Below, in pieces: positions 35,617 to 48,690 of a stretch of 64,000 nt of DNA. The position numbers were made by a program, and so were the translations under genes. The stretch is from Cetorhinus maximus. Lineage: Eukaryota. The first letter of the stretch is position 1; every line of letters begins with the position of its first letter. The stretch is from the NCBI RefSeq assembly GCF_964194155.1, contig NC_135895.1, positions 39,432,001 to 39,496,000 on the forward strand, read 5' to 3'. The notes under the pieces were generated by a model. It ran no database searches, was not told the DNA's origin, and saw only the letters and a list, made by a program, of their open reading frames with translations.

Positions 35617-35916
35617 GGTGATGGCGTAGTGGTATTGTCACTGGACTGGTAATCTGGAAACCCAGGGGGAATGCTCTGATGGATGGTGGAATTTGAATCC
35701 AATAAAAATCTGGAACTAAAAGTCTAAAGACTGTGAAACCTTCGCCGATTACTCCTAAATTCCATTAGGGGAAGAAATCTGCCGACCTTACCTGGTCTGG
35801 CCTACATGTGACTCCAGACCCACAGCAATGTGGTTGACTCTTAAAATGCCCTCTGAACAAGGGCAATTGGGGATGAGCAATAAATGCTGGCTGAGCCAGT
35901 GACACCCACATCCCAT
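35617..35916 (+). mobile_element. tRNA-derived SINE with LINE-derived body and tail
   Basis: A-box-like TGGCGTAGTGGT head; tail CAAGGGCAATTGGGGATGAGCAATAAATGCTGG matches the LINE 3' end at 9715-9775. Confidence 0.8.
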
Positions 35917-36972
35917 AAACGATTACGGTTGTGGTAGGTTCTCTTGTATAGGATTTATCAGCATATAAATATGAATCCTCCACTACTTCACAAGGGAAGA
36001 GTTTAAAGAGATGAAAACAGTACTGACTGAATCAAACTTTTTATTTATGTGAAAGGAACAATGCATAATATTTTTTAAAAATTAAACATTGAATTGGATT
36101 GTCCTATGACATAAGATGTTCCATCATTAGAGGCTAGACAAAACAACAGTACAGAATATTCCAACACACCAACGAAAATCTCCCATTCTCTGCTGCAAAA
36201 GAACAACTGGAGAGACCTGCATGTGAAAAATGCTCAATTCCCAGCAGCAAGGTGTTTTTCCAGGTCTCTGCAGCCACTAAGCTGCTAAGGGATTTCTGCA
36301 GCTTCCTAAATGGATGGAGAGGGGCTTAACCTTTCAGTCTGTGTAGGCGTAGCCTATTTATTACAATGAATCAGGAGCGAGCATTCTTGGGTTCTTGCCT
36401 CACTTGCCTGAGATTGGCACGTAAAGAAAGCTGATGACAGAGCTTGTGCTGGAATCCTTAATAGATTTGTAGGGGTCATGGGGGGCAGACAAAGAAAGAT
36501 GAGATAACGGTAAACTCAGTTTGAATAACTGTATCAACACCACACCATCCCCCAAGATGGTGGCCTTCTCATCAGTGAAATCTGGCTACCTTTATTCAAG
36601 AAACACATTACCATCTATTCTGCACAGTTGATCAATCGGCAGCAAGAACGTTAACATGTACCGACCTATTACAAACACAATCGCCTAACTAATCAGCAGT
36701 AAGATCCAGAACATATTCCCACCCTCCACTCTATATCACTTGTTCCATTCAATCATCCAGATGACGGGCAAAGTATGCTGCCTGAAATGTCAATCCCTGC
36801 CAGTTCTTGGAAGGAACTCTTTTATGGTAACAACTGCTCTTTTCAGAGCAAATTGTACATGGTACAATTGTAAAATTGTCTTACCCAATTATTCCTCTCA
36901 CTTTGAAAACCTTTAAACAACTTTTTATAATGCTAATAAGTTATAGCAAAATTGTAAGCAAACTACACCCAC

Positions 36973-37193
36973 CTCCTGAAGTGAATACTTCTCTGCTGTC
37001 CGCAGAGCATTCTGAGTTTCATTCCACCCTCCAACAGCATAAACACAGTCGTTCAGAGCAGCTACTCCAACATAGGCTCTTTTTGTCTTCATATCATCTA
37101 ATGTTGTCCAACGCTTTGTGATAGGATTGAACATTTCAGCTGAACGGAGTTCTGACCCTGAGTCACTCAAACCTCCAACAATATAAATTAAAC
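36973..37193 (-). CDS. IPP: IPP coding exon 7 (kelch)
   Basis: LIYIVGGLSDSGSELRSAEMFNP...EKYSLQE; AG/GT boundaries; 221 nt. Confidence 0.92.
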
Positions 37194-37609
37194 CTGTGAA
37201 ACAATTACAGATATTTCTGACTTGTATTGTTAATTATTTGTTTCAATTTTGAAGTTTGGCAAATCTATGGAAATGTTTTTTGGCAGAAGTTTTAAAGTCT
37301 TGAAACATGAACTTCCTAGCTGTTATCAGCAATGCTTGCTGGAAAGCAAACATGTATGGATTGGTCTCGATTTGCTCTAATTACATTCATGTTTGGGAAA
37401 GCTTATTGACAAACATTACCCAGGTGCACACATGAAAAATGGCCATTTGAGTGAGATATTGGAGGGCTGCTGTATGACCCCAATTAGATTCAGGACAGGA
37501 AGCAGAAAACAAGGCAAAAGAAATAATAATTTAAGCCACTATATCTTATTCAATCCTCAATCCAATACAATAAAGTTAGTGCAACAACAAAAACAGGAGT
37601 ATTAACTAA

Positions 37610-38890
37610 CAAAATTTGACATATGATATTCGGGCAAATGAACAGAAGTGTTGTCAAAGGAGAAAAGTGAGGAAATTCTAGAGCTTAGGGCCTTGGCAGC
37701 TGAAGGCACAGCCACCAATACTGGTGCAATTAAAATTGGGGATGCCCAAAGGGCCAGAATTGGCAAAGTGCAGGTATCTCACAGAGTTGTAGGGCTAGAT
37801 GAGATTACAGAGATAGGGAGGGGGGTAAGGCCATGAAGGAATTTTAAAACAAGGATGAGAACTTTAAAATCGAGTTGTTGTTCACCTGGGAGTCCATGTG
37901 GGTCAGCAAGCACAGTGATGATGGATAAACAGTGCAAGTAAGAACATATGCAGCAGAGTCTTGCATTGCTTCATGTTTACAGAGGGTAAAATATGGGAGG
38001 CTGATCAGGAGTGTGTTGGAATAGTCACATCTAGAGGTAACAAAGACATGGATGAGGGTTTCAGCAGCAGATGAGCTGAAACAGGGATGGAGTCAGGCAA
38101 TGTTACCAAGGAGGAAATAGGCAGTCTTAGCAATGGTGTGATATGTAGCTGGAAGCTCATCTAAAGCCCAAACATGACACCAAGGTTGTGAATAGTCTAG
38201 TTTGGGCTCAGACAGTTGCAGGGAGAGGAGCGGAGTGAGACGCTAGAGATCAGAGTTTGTGACAGGGACCGAAGACAATGGCTTTGGTCTTTCCAATATT
38301 TAGTTGGAAAAAATATCTGCTCATGTAGTACTGGATGTTGGATAAACAGTCTGACAGTTTAGGGACAGTGGAGGGGTCAAGAGATGTGGTGCTGAGGTAG
38401 AGCTGGATGTCGTTAGAGTACATGTGAAAACAGGCGGTAGTTTACGGATGATTTTGCTGAGCAGCAGCTTTTGATGAGAAAAATGATGGGGCCAAGAATA
38501 GATCTTCTGACTACATGAGATGTACATGTAAGTCCCTGACTACTTTGGTATGTTGCTCTTAAACTGTATTGGAAGTGGCACCACTAAGATACTGTAAAAG
38601 CACCAAACTAACTGTTTTGCCTCAAATGTGGGAGCTGGAAGAGAATACATTGCAGATAATTCTCTGGTTAGATAAAAATGGAACGAGCTGAGTGCAGTTC
38701 CATCCAACCTGATAATGGGTGGAGAGACACTGGAGGAAGATGGTTTGGTCACCCATGTCAAAGGTTACAGACAGGTTGGGAAGAGTGAGGAGGGATTGTT
38801 TACCTTTGTCAAAGTCACATAGGATGTATTTCGAGACTTTGATAAGAGTCGTTTCAGTACTGTGGCAAGGGCGGAAGCCAGATTGCTCAG
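37610..38890 (-). mobile_element. L2-clade LINE fragments
   Basis: QSGFRPCHSTETTLIKV peptide (38622..38927) and L2-type 3' region. Confidence 0.7.
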
Positions 38891-39018
38891 GTTCATAAAA
38901 TAGTACCTTTGTGCACAACAGTGACATCTATCACAAACAATCTTAATAACTATATGGTACGATAAACTTAAGTGAAAAAATAAATCAATGAGTCATATTC
39001 CGGTGGGTGGTGTCATAC

Positions 39019-39141
39019 CTTGCATTTCACAACACCCAAAGAAGTAACGAGGGACGACCATGTTACCAATAACTTCCCACTTATTGTCAGAGGGGTCAAA
39101 TCTTTCCATAGTCTTCCCAATGTCTGCTCCTACCCAGCCTC
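39019..39141 (-). CDS. IPP: IPP coding exon 6 (kelch)
   Basis: GWVGADIGKTMERFDPSDNKWEVIGNM...FGCCEMQ; AG/GT boundaries; 123 nt. Confidence 0.92.
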
Positions 39142-39883
39142 CTGAAAATAATCAAAAGATGTGCACTGATTGTTAATAGTAAGGGCTCTGAATCCTCATG
39201 CAATCTCACAAAACTGCCCTTCTGGCTCACAAGTTAATTTGAAAAATTAAAATTTGTTACATTTGTTTATTTATTTGCTAAATCTGTACATTAATTCCCA
39301 ATGTTTTCCCCCTCCACCTCATGCAATCTGAAGGGGCCATCACTTCCATGTAACTGCTCTTCTGTATGTCCCCACTACAATGGTTTTGTTTAAGTCAGAC
39401 TCATAAAAGAGAACTTAGTGGTATGAAACTAAATACACTTGTAAATAAAATCAGAAAAGTGCTTCAAGTATACAACAGGCCAGCTTGTTCAACTTACTGT
39501 TTGCCTCAGGCAAACATATTTGGCGATCTGTGGTGAATAGCTTGACAATTAAACAACTAAGTCACCGGAGGACTTCCTACGTTTCTATCATTCAAAAGTT
39601 GGTAACTATGTGGTCTAATACCAGCCAAGCCAATTACCTCCTTCAGCCCGCTGTCTATTTTGCACGGTTGGTACATTGGACTGCCAGGTGATGCTGAAAG
39701 AGGGACCTCTCTCAGTGTCCAAAACATAAGAAACCTTTTCTACTATAGTACAGAAATGCTATTTAACAATACCAAAGGCCATTACATGATCGAAACATTT
39801 TTTCTAGCAGTCCTCTGGGGCTAGATACTACTTATAAACCATAAATACTAGATATATGAAATATATTTTACAGATATTCCTAC

Positions 39884-40021
39884 CCAGAGCATAAATAGCA
39901 GCATGACAGGCACACACAGCAAGTCCACATCGTGGAGAATTCATAGAGGCCACAGCTGCCCATTGTTTAGTAACTGGATCATATCGTTCAGCACAGTCAA
40001 AAATCATGGAATCACTTTCAC
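39884..40021 (-). CDS. IPP: IPP coding exon 5 (kelch)
   Basis: ESDSMIFDCAERYDPVTKQWAAVASMNSPRCGLAVCACHAAIYAL; AG/GT boundaries; 138 nt. Confidence 0.92.
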
Positions 40022-41410
40022 CTTAAAACAAAATTGTAATTTTATCTTAAAAATGTAACAAACTATATTTATCTTCAACCTTGTCAAGACATCACAAACA
40101 TAACTAATTGCCATGCTGATTGGAAATTTTAAATTCTTTTTGAACTTATTGTGGTCAGTAAAATTAAAAATGTAATCTGTCCTATAATTGAGTTAATTCC
40201 ATCAATCCTTTCTGTAAAATTAAACAATTCTTCAGATTGTTCACTTTTTGTGATTGTGAATAAGTCCCTAACTACTTTTGCGTATTGCTATTAAACTACA
40301 ATAGAAGTGGCACCACTAAGATACTGTAAAAGCACCAAACTGACTGTTTTGCTCAAGTACTTCAAATTCCCTGAATTACCCTAAATTTTCTCAACTACCC
40401 AAAATCCAGTCAACTTTCTGAGTCATGAGCTTTTTTTGTGAATTTAGCAACTTACTGGAATTTTTCTAAAATTTATCTAATTCCCTCCTCACCTTGCCAT
40501 CTAAATTAAATAAACCTCATGTTGATCAGGAACAAAAACCAATCATAGCAAGAAGAAAAAAAATCATACTTATCTATAAAAATGAGGAGTCCTAGATTTA
40601 AGAGAGAAACTGTAGATCATTGAGGGAAGATACTGAGGCACAATTTGCTAAATCTCCTTGAAAGACCAGGTATGGTGACGGAAAAGATCTTGAATACAGA
40701 TAAACAATCCAAGCAAAGCATCCCTGTACATTCATATAGCAAAACTTAAAAGTTTTAGGATGAAGAAATAATCAATCCTCAAATTAAGGCTTATGAGCAG
40801 AGAAATAAAAGTGTAATCAGAGGACAGAGGAGTTAGGCTTGAGCCATATGTCCATCAATAATAACTCTAGCATGCAAAGTATTTTTGGAGGAAGCTCTGA
40901 GCTGGACATCACCTAACATAGCGGTGAGACACAACTAAACCAGCCAGCAGCAGAAACAGATAAGATTTAAAGATGAGAAATCACTAGCAGAAGCAGTCAC
41001 TAATAGAAGGATTAAAAGCTTGCCAACTAGCCTGAGGAGGTACAAAATACTTCAAATCTTAGGTCTTAATGACTTAGAATTAGTACTTAGGGAGGAGTAT
41101 GGGACATATAAATGAAAGCCCAAGCATATTTGTATTTCTCAGTTTGCTTATCCTGAAGCCCTGTTCAATACAGTAGTATTAACTTTAAAAAAAAAGCATT
41201 ATTCCCTCATTCCCATCTACATCCTCAAAAATTAGAAACAAGTAGATAATAAAGGAGACAAAATGTCCGTCCACACATCAAAGGTGATGGGGACCCTGCT
41301 CTGAAGCTCTCAATGACAGACAGCAGGCAAGTCACAAACCACATTTATATCCTATAAGCAGATAAGCTATTTGAGGAAACAATTGTTTACACCATAGTAA
41401 CTTTACTTAC

Positions 41411-41578
41411 CACCTATTACGTAGATCATCCCTTCGAGGACTGCAACACCCAGCCCACTTCGGGCCTGGTGGAGGGACGATACCGTGGTCCAGTACTGAC
41501 TGAATGAATCAAACCGTTCGACACAACTGAGAGTTCTGCTATCACTCCAGCGACCCCCCTGAAGCCGTGTGTACCCAC
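41411..41578 (-). CDS. IPP: IPP coding exon 4 (kelch)
   Basis: GYTRLQGGRWSDSRTLSCVERFD...MIYVIG; AG/GT boundaries; 168 nt. Confidence 0.95.
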
Positions 41579-42849
41579 CTTGTAAAAAGAAATGATAAAA
41601 CATGGCTTCAGTAGTGCCCAATCAGATGCTGTACTGTGATGCAAATATACTATATATTTTATATATATATATATATATGATAAATTCTAATTCATTAATT
41701 CATCAACTGTAACCTTACACTGGCGTTCTATTAAGGATGCAGAAAAAAATGCAATTTCCTTTGAAAGCATGGCTTGGAACTTGCAGGGCTCTTGATAGTG
41801 AATGGTCAGTGTTCGTTGCCATTATCTCGTTGAATCTGACTTCCTTTTCAGGATTTAGCACAAGCACAAAATAAATCAAAATTCCTGAAGTTGCAGTCCT
41901 TCATTCAGTGTTCTCCCACAAGCTACACAACAGAAATCTCCCTCCAGTAAAACCCCCAACCATATAGCCGACAATCAATGAAATCAATTGATCTGTTGAG
42001 AATTTCCCTTTTTGCTCTCATATCACTGTTAGAAACTGTATAAAAAGTTAAGCTTTCTTCATGGGGTGTAACTGGGTTTTTAATGGGAATCTACTACTAA
42101 ACAGCCTATCTGGCGCTTAAAATATAGTGGAATGTTATTAAATTTCCCCATTGTGATTACTAGATTTTTAAAAACTAGGTTTTTAAAATAATTAATATTT
42201 TAAAGTTTGTTCACGATATTTCAAGTTCTACCTTAACCCCATCAGTATGTCCTAATCTTTATCTTGCACTCTGTAAAATTTTTTAAAAGTTGCATGATTA
42301 ATTGTGTTTTTCATTTCCTGATATGCCACCTGTGAGAATTGTTTAACGTGATTGGCTACTTAGGCAGTTTGATGACTTCACTGCAGCGCAAAGTTGGGAA
42401 CCCCAGTAATAAACGTTATAATCAATTGCATGAAGAAAAGTAAAGTTCTTATCACAGAGACTGCTAGGTCTTTCAGAACAGCTTTCTTTGAGATCAGCGG
42501 TGATTGCTGTCACTTCACCATGGGCTGCAAATTACAGGTCTATTTTTTTTATTTACCTAAAACTCCAACCAAAGCTTCACTGAAAGAAAGCTTAAAAAAT
42601 ACAACCGCTAGTTTTGTTGCTGAAAGGGATTAGAATCTCTTGGATGCAAATCAATGGCTAGAATCCTAATAAAACAGGGGCACAAGTGACATGGTGCACT
42701 GATCGTGTACAGTTAATAAATAACAAAAAGGGCATCTACCCTCAGAAGTTCAAGCTGCAACACCTTTAATTTAAGAAGGGTTTTGGAATTCAGCGAAGAA
42801 AACTCAATGTTGCATTCAATTTACATTTCAGTAAAGGACTGACATGCTG

Positions 42850-43230
42850 GGTCTCTTTTCTCTTGAAAAAAGGACTGACAGATAACCTAATCGAGGTCTT
42901 TAAAATTATGAAAGGTTTTGATAGAATGAATAGAGAGAGAATGTTGCTTGTGGGGGAGAGCACAACTTGATGCCATGAATATCAAATAAGCACCAAGAAA
43001 TCCAATAAGGAATTCTGAAAAAAATTCTTTACCCAGCACAGGGAGTGGTTGATGCAAATCGTATAGATACAGTAAGGGGAAGCTAGACAAGCCTATGAGA
43101 GAGAAGGGAATAGAGAGTTACAATGATAGATTTAGATGAGGAAAGATGGAGGTGGCTGCAGTGGAGCATAAATGCCATCATAGACTGGTTAGGCCAAATA
43201 GCCTGTTTCTGTGCCATATAGCCTATGTAA
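42850..43230 (+). mobile_element. CR1 3' end fragment
   Basis: DNLIEVFKIMKGFDR-like reading; terminal GGCCAAATAGCCTGTTTCTGTG. Confidence 0.7.
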
Positions 43231-44281
43231 TGCAATTTGCTTCATGGTCATACAATTTTCAATAAATTTTACATTCTACCCTCCACAAACTTGAGGTTAT
43301 GCAAAACTTTGCTGCGTATGTCCTAACACCCTTGCTGGCCTACAATGACTCCAGGTTAAGCAACATTTTGATTATAAAATTTCCATCTTTTTCAACTCAT
43401 TTGATGGCCTCACCCCTCTATATCTCTGTAATCCCTTCCAGCCCTACAACCCCCGAGATGTATACGCTTCTGCAATTCTGATCTCTTGAACATCCCCATC
43501 ACTGGCGGCTGTGCCTTCAACTGCCTAGGTCATAAGCTCTAGAATTCGCTCCCCAACCGCTTCCATCTCTTTACCTTTCTTTCCTCCTTTAAGACTCTGT
43601 AACCCTATCTGATGGAAGATAGAAAGTTTTTTTAAAAATGTCAAATGAAAATAAGGTTGTACTTTCAAGAAGTAACGTCATTCATGATCAACTACACCGC
43701 CAACATCATTAAGGTTGTCACATAAAGAATGGCGACTTGGGCTAGATAAACATTACAAGTTAGCATCTTTGGGGAAGCAGGGGAAAGAAACTGTGAATGA
43801 GATTCTCAACCATTGTACTCTCTCCCATTTAGGATCATGTGGATTTTTGTTTAGAAAACTGTTGGAAATATTGTCTCAAATGTTGGAAATCAAACAATGC
43901 AGCAGACCTGTATCATGAACAACTTAAGGAGATCCAGGAAAGAAACAAATAGCATATGGTCATGTTCAATAATGGATACAAAAAGAACAATGTACAAAAC
44001 ATGCTAAACTACAGAGTCACTATATAATGTACTAGTTTTCAGCTGCTGTGTTTCAGGTCAATGCATTTGATCCTACCTGTCTTACTTTTCCGTTATACAA
44101 ACATTTTATATAATCGTATGTCCCAATTATTGAGCAAGAGGTTGACCATCAATGTTACCCCAACTTGTAAATGTGTATAACCTACCAACTGGGTTGTAAC
44201 ATGATGATGCACTAGATCTCATTGGTTGTTTCAAATATATTTAGATCTAATTACGAAAGTACAATAAAAAGAGAAGGTAAC

Positions 44282-44437
44282 CTATAGCATAGAGGTACTT
44301 CCTGGCCTTCCTTCGGGGACGAATCTTTGATGCAGGTGACAGTTTGCAGAACTTGGTCTCTTTCTGAGGTTTACTGACCTCCCTGTATTCCTCCAGCAAC
44401 TTCTGCAGAGCAACACGTAGACTAAAATCAGGAATAC
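44282..44437 (-). CDS. IPP: IPP coding exon 3
   Basis: IPDFSLRVALQKLL...RPRRKARKYLYAI; AG/GT boundaries; 156 nt. Confidence 0.93.
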   Translation of the reverse strand, partial: VFLILVYVLLCRSCWRNTGRSVNLRKRPSSANCHLHQRFVPEGRPGSTSML

Positions 44438-44999
44438 CTGGAGGTAGGAAACACATTCTATTCTATTTACCCCAAAAAAGACAGATGTGCAACATCATAG
44501 AGAACATTCTATACCACAATATATAAAGCATCAAAGCCATCAATAATACAAGCTAAAATTTGTGTTGGAAATAAATAGACGTAGGCTGGCATGGGGCGAC
44601 TTTGGAAATTGAGCATATTATTAGCTTGTTGCAATAGTTAAACTACCATAATAAAGATATCTAGAAAAATCAACTAATAGGGTAGGATGAAGTAGATCTT
44701 AATGTGAAATAGATATGCTAGAGGTTTTTGATTCCCTGCTTACAAGTTTTCATTACTTTTAGAGCATTTAATTCGATTAAAATTATAGTTTGCACAACTC
44801 CATGACAGCACAAATTGTATGTGGATCCTTATTTTCTCATGGGTAGTCTTTAATGGTATGATGGTACATGGCACTGATGGACAGATCATTTGGCACCCAT
44901 ATATGTCATACTATGAATTTCCTTCTCAAGGGCAATTAGAAACTAATGCTAGCCTTGCCAGTGATGCTCATATCCATGAACAAATGAAAAAGCAAGGTA

Positions 45000-45452
45000 C
45001 AGCAAGTAATTAAGAAGACAAACAGAATGCTATCCTTTATTATGAGTGGATTGGTCATAAAAGATGTTATGCTTCAGTTATAGAGGGCATTGGTCCGACT
45101 GCACCTCAAATACTGTGTGCAGTTTTGGTCTCCAATGAGCGGATTGGCTTAGGAGGAAAGGTTGGACAGACTGGGCTTGTTTCCACTGGAGTTTAGAAGA
45201 GTGAAGGTGATTTGATTGAAGTATACAAGATCCTGAACGGCCTTGACAAGGTAGACGTCGAAAGGATTTTTCCTCTTGTGGATGAGTCCAGAACTAGGGG
45301 TCACTGTTTTAAAATTAGGGTATGCCCTTTTAGGACAGAGATGAGGAGAATTTTTTTCTCTCAAAGGGTTGTGTGACTTTGGAACTCTCCACCTCAGAAG
45401 GTGGTGGAGGCAGGGTCATTGAATATTTTTAAGGCAGAGGTAGATAGATTCC
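45000..45452 (+). mobile_element. CR1 3' fragment
   Basis: YRALVRLHLKYCVQFWSP, DLIEVYKIL, SRTRGH, QRVV*LWNS remnants. Confidence 0.75.
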
Positions 45453-45701
45453 CTTGCCTAACAAGAGAGAACCCATGCCCCCAGTAGTCAAATAGCTTGG
45501 TTGACAGACACTCTGCAAGTACACATTACAAGCGGACACTAATTACAACAACGACTGCCATATCATTGATTAAGTAGAGAAATGCAGCAGCCAATTTGAT
45601 CACAGCGAAGTCCCACTTTTATATAAAAGTAACATTCTGAGAAAATACTAAGTGTTACTAAGTTAGGCTGACAATGTGGTATACTCAAAACTCTATCATA
45701 C

Positions 45702-46133
45702 CTTCAATGTACTTGAACAACCTCCGTGAAGATAGTAGAGGGAAGCGAACAGGATCCAGAACTTCAATCACGTACTTTTTCCTTTTGCCCATGTCTTTCA
45801 GAACCCATTCCATAGCAGCTGTGAAAACTTGATATTCATCCTCGATGTGGAGTTCTTCACTCTTTAAAATCTTAACCAGTTGATCTTTTTCTAATCCCAT
45901 AAATTCCTCAGTTTTACAAACTTCCAGAAAGTGCACATAAATATAGCTTTCACTGAACTCTATAAGATCGTGGCATGCAATTTGCTCTGCAAATTGATAA
46001 ATTCCTACACAGTTTGAGGGATCAACTTGCCCTTTTAAAAAATCACTGCACATGTTCACAATCTCAGTTAACTGCAACATATCCGCTGCAAGGATCACCT
46101 CTTGTACGTTTTTTATGCTGACATTGATGATAC
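45702..46133 (-). CDS. IPP: IPP coding exon 2 (BTB end + BACK)
   Basis: NVQEVILAADMLQL...EDEYQVFTAAMEW...PVRFPLL; AG/GT boundaries; 432 nt. Confidence 0.95.
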
Positions 46134-46459
46134 CTGTTTGATATGGAGGAGAAGAAAGAAAATGTATTTTAAAGCCCATCTCAGAGGACCACTTGTTTCA
46201 TTGTGAGGTTAGAGTGGTGATGTCATGACTGAACTTGTCAGTGTTCAGTCTGATGGGGCTTTAAATTAAAGACTGCAGTACCAGCTACTCTCCAATAAAA
46301 GCAGTTTCAACAACATAACAGACACTGAATACCAGTCATCAGTATATTGTGGGTTTCTCGTCATTCATTCATTTGGTCTATCAGTCAGCTCAGCTCCCAC
46401 TGTGAATGGTCCATTATTAGTTATTTTGTTCCTGTCTAATGGGACTGTCTAAATTTATT

Positions 46460-47580
46460 TTCATTTGTTCTTGGGAAAGATTGCTTTTATTGCTCATCCC
46501 TAGCTGACCAGAGAAGGTGATGATGGTGCTCCCACGATTGTGTTCGGAACGGGAATTCTTGGATTTAGAACCAGTGATGAAGAAGCAACAATATATGTCC
46601 AAATTAGGATCGTGACTTGGAGGCATCATGCTCTTATGACATTATTGTTCGTCACTTTCAGTGATATAGGACACAGGGACGAGAAATGCTGTTAAAAAAA
46701 CCTGATGAGTTACTGCAGAGTTTGCTATAGATATTGCATAATGTAGTTAGAGTGCACTAATGATGCAGGAGTTATATAATGGAATCCACTTCCAGGAACA
46801 CCAATGAATCAAATTGCTCCGTCCTTGTGCTACTGACCCTATTCAGTATTGTTGCAACTGTACCCATTTGGGCAAGTAACAAGTCATCAAACGGGCTCCA
46901 GACTGGAGCCTGCTAAGTGGCAGGGGGTCAGGTATTGAGCCAGCACCAACCCAGCCTCTGCCCTGTTCATGGTGTTGATATTGCTGGTCCAGTTAAGTAC
47001 CTGGACAATAAACGTACACGGTTGGGGGCCTTAGTTATGTTACTGCCATTGAAAGTTAGTGTGTGGAGGGTTGTGCTTTATCTTGTCATTGCCTGACACT
47101 TACTTACATAGGACAAATGTTATCTGACATTTGTTAGCCAAGTCCAGATGCCATTCAAATCCTGCTGCAAGCTGACATGCACTGCATTATTATTGAAGTT
47201 GTAAATGGAGTGGAATAATAACATATTTGTACAGCGTCTTTAATGTAGTAAAGCAACTCAAGGTGCTTCACAGGAGCGTTAGAAAACAAAAGGTGACACT
47301 GAGCCACATAAGTAGATATTAGGGCAGCTGGCCAAAAACTTGGTGAAAGAGGTAGGTTTTAAGGAGTATCTTAAAGAAGGAAAGTGAGGTAGAGAGACAG
47401 AGAGAGTTAGGAAGGGAATTCCAGAGTTTAGGGCCATCCCATTTCTGACTTCATGACACAGGGAAGGTCATTGAAGATGCAGCTGACAATGATTAGGTTC
47501 AGGATGTTGACCTGAGGAACTTCTGCAAAGATGTCCTGCGGTTGTGATGACCAGCTTCCAACAACCCCAGCCATCTGTCT
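46460..47580 (-). mobile_element. Old CR1-like LINE 3' part with a nested L2-derived fragment (about 47220-47435)
   Basis: Degenerate reverse complement of the 8780-9780 region; the inserted block matches L2-type tails at 33730-33950. Confidence 0.55.
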
Positions 47581-47894
47581 TTATGTCAGGCATGGCTCCT
47601 TGGTCTTCACTTTAACCTCCACTCCCACCCGCACCACCCCACCCCTCCATCTCCCCCCCACCTACCCCCCCCCCCCCCCCCCCACCCACCCCCAACCCTC
47701 AGCCCTACAATTTACTTTTGCTGAGGCTTCTTAATGCCTATTTGAATGTTCCCTTGATGTGAAGGACAACTAACTTCACCTGTCTTCTGACGTTCAGCTC
47801 TTGCATCCATTTCTTAGGACATTTTCATATGTTAAAGGTTCTATATGAACACAAGCTGTTGTTTCTGTATTTCTGGATCAGCGCTGGAACAAGG

Positions 47895-48690
47895 TCTAGA
47901 GCCAAGTGGTTTCGGCAGAACGCAAAGATAAGCCCCAACTTCTTTTCTCTACAACAAACTGTCTTCTTAAACCGTTCTCTCCTTTCACCTCCACCTTCAC
48001 TCTAACTATAAGTGCCAGGAGTTCAAATACTTCTTTGTTACCAAGATTGAGGCCATCCAATCAGCTGCCTCTGCTGCTTCCCTCCCTTCCATCAGGACAA
48101 TGGGCTAAGCTTTCTCTAAAGGTTCTCTCCTGCCCTAGCCCTGAACTCACATCGTTCTCTAGTTTCTCTCCTATCCCCCCTCATGTCCTCTCTAAGTTCA
48201 TGTTCATCAGACTCAACTTCTGCTCCTTCAACCCTATTCCAACTAAATTGCTGACTACACAATTTCCCTTCATGGTCCCCATGTCAGTTAATGTCACCTC
48301 TTCAGGCTCTTGTACCTCTTTTCTTTATATCTGCCTTCGTGACATCTGAAATCACAGTGTTAGTTTTCCCATATATGCTGACGACACTCAGCCCTACCAC
48401 AAATCATCTCACTCGACCTCTCCGCTGTTGCTAAATTATCAGACTGCTTGTCCAACATTCAATTCAGTACTGGATGAGCAGAAATTTCCTCCAACTAAAC
48501 ATCAGAAAGGCTGAAGCCATTGTTTTCGCTGCCCGCCACGAACTCCATTCCCTGGGTACTGACTCCATCTCTCTCACTGGCAACTATCTGAAGCTGAACC
48601 ACACTCTTCACTACCTTGGTATCACATCTGACACCAAGATGAGTTTCCGACCTCATTACTAAAACCGCCTATTTGCACTTCTGTAACAGT
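47895..48690 (+). mobile_element. L2-clade LINE fragments
   Basis: NPIPTKLL, YADDTQ, WMSRNFLQLNIRKAEAIVF peptides. Confidence 0.75.

Noticed and set aside
35617-35700. tRNA gene
   Set aside because: SINE head without a complete cloverleaf; the same applies to 16980-17030 and 55480-55560.
44272-44281. U12-type intron donor (GTTACCTT) in IPP
   Set aside because: Does not match the strict RTATCCTT consensus; treated as a weak U2 donor.
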